Virus record (IMG/VR): IMGVR_UViG_3300020449_000326
Coordinates: 1-34,412 of that record
Length of the DNA: 34,412 nt
Origin: a virus
Taxonomy: Duplodnaviria > Caudoviricetes
Strand: one strand, 5' to 3'
Position numbers and translations under genes: made by a program. The notes beneath the pieces are model-generated. The model saw only the letters and a program-made list of their open reading frames with translations. It had not been told where the DNA came from and did no database searches. Every line of letters starts with the position of its first letter. The first letter of the stretch is position 1. Shown one piece after another: positions 1-9,300 of this stretch.

Positions 1-756
1 TCTGATTATTGGACCCAAAAAGTTGTATCGTGGTTTCCTAAACATGAAATCCAACAAATGGCCATGATGTTTGGCTCGCAAGAAACAATTCACGCAGTAG
101 CATATTCTTATTTAAATGAAACACTCGGACTCGAAAATTTCGAAGCATTCTTACACGAACCCGCCACGGCCCAGCGCTTCGATAATCTTGTTAGTTACTC
201 TGGTAACAACCCTGTTGGGATTGGCAGGTCTCTCGCTGTATTTTCTGCATTTGCAGAAGGCGTTAGTCTCTATTCCGCTTTTGCTGTGCTATATAGCTTT
301 CAGTTGCGTAATTTGCTCAAAGGCATTGGCCAACAGATGAAATGGAGCGTAAGAGATGAATCACTACATTCTAAAATGGGATGTCAGTTGTTTAGACATA
401 TGTGTAAAGAAACTAAAGGATTACAAGATGATTGTTATGAACACGTTATTAAAGCAGCAAAAACAATGCTTAAAGCAGAAGAAAGATACATTGATAAAAT
501 GTTTGAACAAGGAGATATTGAAAACCTCAAATCTTATAACCTTAAACAATTTATCAGGAAACGCCTTAACGAAAAAATTGTTGAGCTCGGTTACTCAAAC
601 AGTGGGAAATACTTTGAATATGACGAAGTTGGAGCGAGCAGTTTGGACTGGTTCTACCATCTTACCGGGGGGCACACTCATACTGATTTCTTTTCTATTA
701 GGCCGACTGATTACTCAAAAGCTAATGAAGGTGAAGACTTTGAAGATATTTGGTAA
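1..756 (+). CDS. nrdB: Class I ribonucleotide reductase beta subunit (5'-truncated by window edge)
   Basis: Frame open from base 1 (SDYWTQKVVSWFPKHEIQQMAMMF...). Di-metal ligands QETIH, FAEGVSLY and RDESLH; Tyr after the first His (IHAVAY) fits class Ia; acidic C-terminal tail TDYSK...FEDIW. Confidence 0.95.
   Translation, partial: SDYWTQKVVSWFPKHEIQQMAMMFGSQETIHAVAYSYLNETLGLENFEAFLHEPATAQRFDNLVSYSGNNPVGIGRSLAVFSAFAEGVSLYSAFAVLYSFQLRNLLKGIGQQMKWSVRDESLHSKMGCQLFRHMCKETKGLQDDCYEHVIKAAKTMLKAEERYIDKMFEQGDIENLKSYNLKQFIRKRLNEKIVELGYSNSGKYFEYDEVGASSLDWFYHLTGGHTHTDFFSIRPTDYSKANEGEDFEDIW
116..340 (+). CDS. Candidate overprinted membrane protein (74 aa) in +1 frame of nrdB
   Basis: ATG-to-TGA ORF spanning a GC-elevated patch (about 46% at 121-360 vs about 29% at 361-540). 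nrdB uses codons rare in this genome here (CTC, CCC, GCC, ACG, CGC). Two hydrophobic segments. Confidence 0.45.
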   Translation: MKHSDSKISKHSYTNPPRPSASIILLVTLVTTLLGLAGLSLYFLHLQKALVSIPLLLCYIAFSCVICSKALANR

Positions 757-760
757 ATGA
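620..760 (+). CDS. Candidate overprinted small membrane protein (46 aa; frame open from 356) in +1 frame of nrdB
   Basis: MTKLERAVWTGSTILPGGTLILISFLLGRLITQKLMKVKTLKIFGK. GC about 41% at 541-720. Stop overlaps the next gene's start (ATGA 757-760). Confidence 0.4.
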   Translation: MTKLERAVWTGSTILPGGTLILISFLLGRLITQKLMKVKTLKIFGK

Positions 761-1113
761 GAGTTTGTAATGTTTGTAAGAAAAAGAAAAAAGATCATAA
801 GTTTAAACATTTAGGTAAAAAAACTTGCATAAGATGTGAGTTTAGATGGAAAAGATCTTTTATACGGTTATTAGTTCAAGATAGAAGACTTACAGCAAAA
901 GAAAGAATTGCAAACAGATTAGGTTATATGGGTACAGCTTTTATTATGATGTCACCATATTTATTAGCATACGAAGGTATAGGTGTTATAACTTATATTA
1001 TAGGAGGCATACTATCTATACCTCAAGTGTGGGTTGCAAAACAATGGAACTTAGTATTAGTTAATTTAAATGTATCAATAGGATACTTAATATATTATTT
1101 AAATGTGGAATAA
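757..1113 (+). CDS. Zn-finger plus 3-TM membrane protein (PQ-loop/SemiSWEET/PnuC-like topology)
   Basis: N-terminal CNVC...CIRC, then three hydrophobic helices with an IPQV motif. Abuts the nrdB stop and overlaps the nrdA start. Confidence 0.75.
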   Translation: MRVCNVCKKKKKDHKFKHLGKKTCIRCEFRWKRSFIRLLVQDRRLTAKERIANRLGYMGTAFIMMSPYLLAYEGIGVITYIIGGILSIPQVWVAKQWNLVLVNLNVSIGYLIYYLNVE

Positions 1114-2845
1114 CAATTGGGTTAAAGGTAAAGATTATCCTTCATGGGGTGATAATGATGTTTATAAAAAAACTATATCAGGTGGTTATCTTATAAATGG
1201 TGAATCGCCTCGTGATGCATATATGCGTGTTGCTAAAACTGTAGCAAAACGTTTATATAAACCAGAACTTGCAGATAAATTTTTTGATTATATATGGAAA
1301 GGCTGGTTGTGTTTAGCTTCGCCTGTGCTTTCTAATACAGGCGCAGACAGGGGTTTACCTATATCTTGTTTTGGTATTGATGTTGCTGATAGCATACAGG
1401 ATATTGGTAATAAAAATTTAGAAATGATGTTACTTGCAAAACACGGTGGGGGTGTAGGTATCGGGGTTAATATGATTCGTCCTGCCGGAGCTAAAATTAC
1501 AGGTAATGGAACTTCAGACGGCGTTGTCCCTTTTTGCAAAATATATGACTCAACTATACTCGCAACCAACCAGGGTTCCGTTAGAAGAGGAGCTGCAAGC
1601 GTTAACATCAATATTGAACACGACGATTTTGAGGAGTGGCTTGAGATTAGAGAACCTAAAGGAGATATCAATAGACAATCACTTAACCTGCACCAGTGTG
1701 CTGTCGTTGGCGATAAGTTTATGCGAAAGCTTGAGCTTGGAGATCCCGAAGCAAGAAAAAAATGGTCAAAGCTTATACAAAAACGTAAAGCAACTGGAGA
1801 ACCTTATATCTTATTTAAAGGAAATACAAACAAAGCTAATCCAGAAGCATATAAGAAAAATAGTTTAAAAGTTCATATGACTAATATATGCAGTGAAATA
1901 GTATTGCATACCGATGAGTCACATAGTTTTGTTTGTTGTTTATCTTCTGTTAATTTAGATAAATATGATGAATGGAAAAATACTAATCTTATATATGATG
2001 CTACATGGTTTTTAGATGGAGTGCTTGAAGAATTTATTCAAAAAGCTAAAAACATGAAAGGTTTTGAAAATGCTGTAAGATCTGCTGAAAAAGGTAGAGC
2101 TATAGGATTAGGTGTATTAGGTTGGCATAGCTTATTACAAAAAAGAGGTATTGCTTATGAAAGTTTATTAGCACAATTTAAAACACGTGAAATATTTTCA
2201 AAAATAAAAATTGAAACTGAACGTGCTTCAAGAGCATTAGCTGAAATATATGGAGAACCATTATGGTGTGTAGGTACAGGATTTAGAAATACTCATTTGC
2301 GTGCAATAGCTCCAACTGTAAGTAATTCTAAATTAGCAGGTAATGTATCACCAGGTATTGAGCCTTGGGCTGCAAATGTATTTACAGAACAATCTGCTAA
2401 GGGTACATTTATTAGAAAAAATAACGAACTTAAAAAAGTATTAAGAAAAATTGGGATTGATAACAAAGATACATGGGATAAGATTCTTACCGATGGTGGA
2501 TCTGTCCAAGCAATTGATGCACTCAACGGATGGTATTATGATGAAAGAGGAAGACTTAACCAAGAAGATGGAGAGCCAGTCAAAAACGTGTTTAAAACAT
2601 TTAAAGAAATAAATCAACTGGAGTTAGTTAGACAAGCAGGTATAAGACAAGATTACGTTGACCAATCGGTATCACTTAATCTTGCTTTCCCTTCTGAAGC
2701 AACTCCGCGTTGGATAAATCAAGTACATATGGATGCATGGAAACATGGAATAAAAACTTTGTATTATATGCGTACTGAGTCTGTACTGAGAGGAGATATA
2801 GCAGCAGCAGCTATGGATCCTAATTGTTTAAGCTGCGATGGTTAA
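1103..2845 (+). CDS. nrdA: Class I ribonucleotide reductase alpha subunit (short form, no evident ATP cone)
   Basis: SPVLSN, PISCF, GGGVG, RRGA, TNICSEI (catalytic N-C-E), AIAPT, KTLYY and C-terminal CLSC motifs. Confidence 0.96.
   Translation: MWNNNWVKGKDYPSWGDNDVYKKTISGGYLINGESPRDAYMRVAKTVAKRLYKPELADKFFDYIWKGWLCLASPVLSNTGADRGLPISCFGIDVADSIQDIGNKNLEMMLLAKHGGGVGIGVNMIRPAGAKITGNGTSDGVVPFCKIYDSTILATNQGSVRRGAASVNINIEHDDFEEWLEIREPKGDINRQSLNLHQCAVVGDKFMRKLELGDPEARKKWSKLIQKRKATGEPYILFKGNTNKANPEAYKKNSLKVHMTNICSEIVLHTDESHSFVCCLSSVNLDKYDEWKNTNLIYDATWFLDGVLEEFIQKAKNMKGFENAVRSAEKGRAIGLGVLGWHSLLQKRGIAYESLLAQFKTREIFSKIKIETERASRALAEIYGEPLWCVGTGFRNTHLRAIAPTVSNSKLAGNVSPGIEPWAANVFTEQSAKGTFIRKNNELKKVLRKIGIDNKDTWDKILTDGGSVQAIDALNGWYYDERGRLNQEDGEPVKNVFKTFKEINQLELVRQAGIRQDYVDQSVSLNLAFPSEATPRWINQVHMDAWKHGIKTLYYMRTESVLRGDIAAAAMDPNCLSCDG
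1506..1868 (+). CDS. Candidate overprinted protein (120 aa) in +1 frame of nrdA
   Basis: 120 stop-free codons from ATG. GC about 43% at 1501-1740 vs about 29% at 1921-2160. Confidence 0.4.
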   Translation: MELQTALSLFAKYMTQLYSQPTRVPLEEELQALTSILNTTILRSGLRLENLKEISIDNHLTCTSVLSLAISLCESLSLEIPKQEKNGQSLYKNVKQLENLISYLKEIQTKLIQKHIRKIV

Positions 2846-2859
2846 TATAAATTAATAAT

Positions 2860-3069
2860 ATGGGAAAGCGATTTACATTTGCGGATGCAAAAAAAAGAAT
2901 TTTGGATTTAGAAGATGAATTAGCAAAAGTTCAACAAAAAGCTGGAAACGTTATTTTAGATACCAAAGATAATGTTTTTACTAATAAAGAACTTAAGAAA
3001 ATTAGATTCTTAGAACTATGGTCTATATTAGGCCCTATAGTTGGTTTGCTAATTGGTTTGATATTTTAA
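2860..3069 (+). CDS. Small hypothetical protein with coiled-coil N-terminus and C-terminal TM anchor
   Basis: 69-aa ORF with AT-rich leader and terminal hydrophobic helix LWSILGPIVGLLIGLIF. Confidence 0.75.
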   Translation: MGKRFTFADAKKRILDLEDELAKVQQKAGNVILDTKDNVFTNKELKKIRFLELWSILGPIVGLLIGLIF

Positions 3070-3074
3070 ATAAT

Positions 3075-3113
3075 AAAAGGGGATGCTACAATTAAGTAAC
3101 ATCCCTTTTTTTT
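3075..3113. terminator. Bidirectional intrinsic terminator between convergent genome arms
   Basis: AAAAGGGGATGCTAC-AATTAA-GTAACATCCCTTTTTTTT hairpin with A-tract on the left and T-tract on the right. Confidence 0.88.
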
Positions 3114-3339
3114 ATGCCATACCTTTTCTGTCATCAGAAAAAGGCGGAAACAAATATTTATTTAATTGACTGTTGTCATTTTGAGGAGCAACACGTTCAT
3201 ATATATTTTTAGTATTAGCAATTAATGCATCCTCTCTTGTTTTACTTTGTTCTTCTATAGCTTCGTTAATACCTGTAGAACCTAAAGGTTTTGCCCTTTC
3301 TGATTTTTCGGTATTTTTAAAATAACTTTCTTTACTCAT
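3112..3339 (-). CDS. Small hypothetical protein (75 aa, MSKESYF...)
   Basis: ATG at 3339 lies 10 nt after the stop of the giant gene, with an AT-rich leader. The ORF-track extension to 3480 overlaps the giant gene and is unlikely. Confidence 0.7.
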   Translation of the reverse strand: MSKESYFKNTEKSERAKPLGSTGINEAIEEQSKTREDALIANTKNIYERVAPQNDNSQLNKYLFPPFSDDRKGMA

Positions 3340-3349
3340 ATTATTTATT

Positions 3350-6300
3350 TTAATCGTTTTTATGTGCAAATACTTCCCAAGGTAAAGAATGGTCACCTTC
3401 AACCTTCCATTTATTACCATCTTTAATTTTTCCGTTTTTTCTAGCATATTTTTTCTTGCCATAAAAAACAAAATTATCATTATAATCTAGCTTACCACCA
3501 CTTGTAAAAGAGTTACTTCCATTTTGCATTTCTTTTTGATGCAATTTTTCATGTCTTATAACTTCAGCTTTCTTTTTAGGGGATAATCCTTTTGCAACTT
3601 CAATACTTCCGTCTTTATTTGCTCTTCCTAATACTCTGCCACCTGTGTCTTTAACAGGGCTTTTCTTTTCTTTGTTAACTTCTTTTTGTAATTTTTTTAT
3701 ATCTTTTTTTAATTCTTTTTTCTTTGCTTTTTCTTTTTTAGCTTTAGCCCTAGCTTCATCTGTTTTTCTTGCTTGTATGCCAAGTTCCCACTCTCCAAAT
3801 CCCCATACTAAAGCTATTGATTGCCATGCTTTAGTTTCTTCTTCTGTTGCAGTTTTTAAGTTATTTAATTTTTTAACAACTCTATCTGCAGGAATATTAA
3901 CAAAAGCAGAAGCAAGTTCGCCTGCTGCTAATAATGCAGGATTATCTATAGCAACCCCTCGATCATACATTTTTTGAAGCTCTTGCTTATATGTAAACTT
4001 TCTAGCAGCTGATAAAGCTTTTCTAAATTTAGTATCGGTTACAGGTGAAAATGAAAATATTTTATTGGCAGCATATGTAAAATCTGGTCTAGATTTTTTT
4101 CTTTGTCTATCAATTTCTAAAAGAACATTTTTTAACATTGCTACAAAAGCACCACCAACACCACTACCCCTAAGTAATGTATCAGCTATACCGTTTATTA
4201 TTCTTAAAGGTGCACCTTCTTTTCTTTCTTGTTTAAATTGAGCTTCTTTTTCACCAACTTCCTCATCTTCTTCGTCAAACATAATACCAAATAAAGCACT
4301 CTGTAATGCTGTAAATATAATATTTTGTATAGCACCATAATAAAGTATCTTAGAAACGTTTGTTTTAGCGTCCCCACGTCCATTTTTAAGATCACTGGCG
4401 GCTTTTTTTATTAATCTTGCATATTGTACTGGCGTGTTTGCATAAGACAATATAATACGTCCTAATTGACTAGCCTGTTGCATACTAATTCTTGACGGAT
4501 CAGATGATTGTTGTGACTCAATTGCAATATTTCTAAAATCAAAAAATGCTTTTTCTTGAGCTTCTTTTTCACTAAGCCCTTCTTTTTTATATTTATTAAG
4601 CCTGTTTCTATAAAATGAAGCTCCTCCTATAGCTATTGCAAAACTATCCGCAATTTGTGTACTTATAAAACCAACTTTAAGTAATTCATTTAAGGCAGCT
4701 CTAACTTTATTTTTAGATGTCGCGGCAGTACTTGCAATTTCATCTGCACTAATATCTATTTGTAATCCAGATCTTCTTTGTTTTAAAAAATCTGAATTAA
4801 ATAAATCTGCAAAATCTTTCCAAAACTGCGGTTGATCAGCAAAAGCTTTAGCAGCCATTATTGGATTATTATCTGACCAATTAAGAAAATTAATTGCAGA
4901 TATAGTTTGTAATAATGAAGATCTTTGATTGAAAAACATTGTTGTACCAACAGAATTATTAAGCCAGTTAAGCCACATATTAGTAACTCTATTTGCACCT
5001 GTTGGTCTGTTCCTGCCTGTATCCATTCTATAAAGAACATCATCTAAAGCTTCAACATACCTATCACCAAATGTTGCTCTTAATTTATTTACATTATCTT
5101 TAGTATATATTAAATCAATTGATTGTCTCCAAGGTTTTAAAAATTCTCTACGAGTTACTGTGTTAACTTCATTAATTAAATCAGTTGTAATATTACCAGA
5201 TAACCAATTATTAGTTGGTTCGGGGTATCCATTAGAGCCTATATTTTGTAATTCATGTGCGAAAGCTTTTAGCTCAGGATTTTTATTAACATGTTTTCTT
5301 AACTCTGTTATATCTTTTTTAGCTAAATTATCTGGAATCATTCCTTGCTTATCCCATAAATATATCCTTACAGCTTCTTCATTTGTAAACCCTCTAACAG
5401 CTTTTCTTTTTAAATTTGCAGGTGTATTTTTAATTTTACCTTTTAGCTGTTTCCATTCTTGCATTGCCGCCTGTTTAGCAGTTTCATAATCTTGTATTCC
5501 TTGATTATAAGGATCCATCACATTATCCGTCCACCATTTTAAATCAGCATCACCTTGTTTGCCTTTACCAAGTGTTGGATATACTAAGCCCATATAGTCT
5601 TCATTAGAATATGGAACAAATGCTTGCCAACCTTTTGTAGCACCTAATTTAATTGCTCTTGCTTCAGAATATACAGCTTCAGCTTTAATACCTTTAGTTC
5701 TTTCAAGCATTTCGTTAAACTCTCTGCTTAATGTACTTTCACTTGATGAAGATAAACCAATATTAATTTTTTCTCTTTCTTTTAATTGATTTTGTAATTC
5801 TTCTCTTCTAGCTTTAGTGCTAGGCGTAATATTAAAGTTAGATTCATATTCTTCAATTAATTGAAGTTCTTGATATATTGGATCTAATTTACTTTGTGAA
5901 TAAAGACCTCCACTTTCAATATTTTTATCTTCTAAATTTTTCTTACTATTCTCATTTTTTAAATAGGTTTGTTGACCGTTACCATTAACAAAATCATCCC
6001 AAGTATATTCTATGCCTGTAGAAATTTGTGTTAAAGGTAAATTTTTAAATATTGGTAACTCTGGATTAAAATAGCCGCCTAAAGCATTATTACTATAAGG
6101 TGCACGGAAATTTTGATAATTTACATTTACCGCATCATCATATAATTTAGGAATCTGCGCTGACTTATAAGAATCTAATCTTTTATAATATTCTTTTTTA
6201 GAAGCTTTTGGATTAAGTAAATAATCAAATGTTGCGGCAGTCATTATATTAGCCGGATCCATATGTTCTAATCTCCATTCACCTTTTACTTTAGATAGAT

Positions 6301-9300
6301 CTATACTTATATTTCCTTGACTATCTTTTTTAATTACAAAACTAGGTATAAAATCAGGAATAGCTGCCATTCTTATTAATCCTGAAGGATTTGCTTTCAT
6401 AGCTTGCACAAGAATTGCTTTTGTATCAACACCTATGTTTGAGTTTTTAATAGATTCTACAAAATCTTTTAAATATTGTTGATATTGTAAACCAGCTTGT
6501 ACCCCTAAAACTGGATCTTTATATGCAATAAAAGGCAAAGCTCGTTCTCCGTTTTTATTATTTAAAGGTTTTTCTAACAAACTATAAATACCTCCTTGTG
6601 GTCTAGTATATTGTTTTGTAGATCTTTTAACTTCCTTTCCTTTTGAATCAAATATGGGAGCATCCCAATCTAAATTATTTATAAGATTTTTAAAATCTGC
6701 AACCGCTCCAACTTCACCGCCAAATATACCTTGTCTATTTGTTCCTGCTTTTTTTCCTGTTTCAACAATATCTCCATCTATATTAACTCCAATAGCACCA
6801 CCTCCTATTTTAGAAGGAGCGGTAAACGTAGGAAGTAAAATATTTAATGCAAAACTTTTATTAATTTTAGGGTCGCTTAAAAGCGCTTCCCCAAATTCTT
6901 TTCTATATCGTTCAACAGACTCTTTATCATTATAATTAAGTTCTAAATTATATCCATAACCTGCAGCTATGTCTTTCAAATTTTGTATGTCAGCCGTTTG
7001 AGATATTTTAGCTCGTAAAAAATTAGCAAAAGTATAAGGTATTTTTTTTCCTGTGTTCCTATCTACTAAGTTAAAGTCTTTTCCTTTTATATATTCCTCT
7101 CTATTTTTTGCAGGAATATTTTTTTGTATTTCATTTAGTTCATTTACTAAATTATTAAAATATCTTTCTGCCTTTTTTTCTGTATATGTATTATTTAGTA
7201 TTTCATCAATACCTAAACTTGTTAATAAAGGTTTAAACCGAATTAATTTGCCTTTAGGGGTAACATAATTATTTATATAAGCATCGTCCATTTTTAAAAG
7301 TGCCGCAGCTATATCATTATAAATATTTGCATTTTCTTTTTTAATACCTTTAAGTGTATTACTTGTTGATAAAAGGCCAACTCCGTGTTTTTTTATAAAA
7401 TCACTTTGAGCAATTTTGTTATCTGCTATATTTTCATTTACTAATTGTGTTGCAATTGATTCTAAAAATTTTCTTTTTCTAGCACCAATAGCATCAGTTT
7501 TTCCTTTTTTAGTTAATGGATCTCCTTTTTTATTAATTGTTCCTACAACTAAATCATTACCTGTAAGATAATCAACAGTTTCTTGTTGAGTTGGTTTACT
7601 TTCTATGTTAAACCCAGTAGAAATTCCCATGCCCTTAGACCAATTAACATTATTCATCCAAGCATCTATTACTGCAGGGTAATATTTATTTACATTATCA
7701 ATAAATTGTTGTTTTTTACCAAATAAGTTAGCAACATCAGTATATAAATATTTAGAACTATATTGTTTTTTAGCTGTATCAACTGCTTCGGCTTTTCTTT
7801 TAGTTGGTAATTTTGTTAAATCTTTACCTTTTTTTTCTATAGTTTGTTCAATACCTTTTGGCGCTGATTCAGCTACCTTACCTAATTTTTTATTTAATGC
7901 CTCTCCTAAAGTTGTATTTTTAAAAGCTTCTCTTAATGACTGTTTGCTTTGTACACTTTGCCCAGCGGTATCTTCCAGCTGCCTTGATTCGGCAGTATCA
8001 GTAGATGTTGCACCTTCTGTTACTTGTCCACCAACTCTTTCTTGTAATACTCTTATTGCTCTATTAGCTAATTGACTCTTAGCATATCCACCAAAAGATC
8101 CTACAGCAGGATTAAAAGTTTTTGCTAATCCAACTAATGAGCTTGCAGGATTTCTTTCTGTACCATAAACTAAATCATCTATAAGTTGTTGTTTTAATGT
8201 ACTATCTTCTAATGCATCAGTAATAAAATTATTTTGTTGCTCTGTACCTGCTTTACCAATACCAACTTTACTTATTCTATCTATAACAGCAGCAGCTAAA
8301 GGTTCATAAGTAATAGCGGCTTCCGTTTGAAATTCTTGTGGTGCGTTGTTATTTTTACCATCATGAGAAAATTCTTGGAATCTTTCATTAATTGAACCTT
8401 CTTCAAAATTTATATCTTCAATTACATCCGATTTAGAAGACAACGAAGGGAACTCACCTGTTATAAAAGCTTCGCTAACTCCACCATCAGTAACATTATC
8501 AGAATCAATTTTTCTTAAAGCATCTTTATATTTACCCTTTTTTATATTTTTATTAAATTCTTGAATCCAATTAAATACATCTTCTCCAGTATTTAATTTT
8601 ATTTTTTTAAAGCCTTTTGATTTTAACCAATTATTAATACCGCTTGCTAATTCACCAAATGCACTTTCCGGCACTTTAGGTATTCCTAATTTTTCTTTTC
8701 CAGCAATATCAGTAAAAATAGCCACAAACTCTAAATTAGCCCGAACGTCTTCTGCATTTTTATAATTTTTTTTCATTCGGGATTCTATTCTTTCATTAAC
8801 ACCCGGCAAATTTTCTTTTATAAAACTTCTAAAATTTTCTATTAAAGGAATAGCATTTTTATCATTATTTACTAAGTCTCTTACAAAAACTAAATGGTTT
8901 AATTCATGGTTAATAGTAGTAGCTCCATCTTTAACCCTTATCATAGCATCCTCATTCAATGCAATTTTAAACCGGCCATCTTTTGTTTTAACAATTTTAC
9001 CAGATTCATTTTCTTGCATGCCATATTTTTCTCTCTGGGAATCGTTTATAACTATAACATCGGCATCGTCTTTTATTTGATCAAAACTTTTTTTAGCATC
9101 TTTAGACAATTTTCTTTTTAACATTTGGCTAATTGTTTTATCCGCATCAGGACTATACGTTACTATGCCTTTTTCATCGACGCTGACATCTGAAGGAATG
9201 GGCTTAAATGCTTCTTTTTGCTCCTCTCTTAATTCTTTGATTTCATTTATAGCTGCATCTTGTTCATCTCGTGTAAATTTAGGATTATCAATTTTACTTT

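Noticed and set aside
1288-1671. 127-aa antisense ORF in nrdA (also 2293-2526)
   Set aside because: Codon-aligned antisense shadow of the main gene with no protein-like features.
3340-3480. N-terminal extension of the 3112-3480 ORF
   Set aside because: Overlaps the giant gene with no GC shift. ATG 3339 has a better leader.
4204-5043. Two ~60-aa +1-frame ORFs in the giant gene (4204-4395, 4858-5043)
   Set aside because: No clear compositional shift or recognisable motif. Treated as the chance baseline for +1 ORFs.
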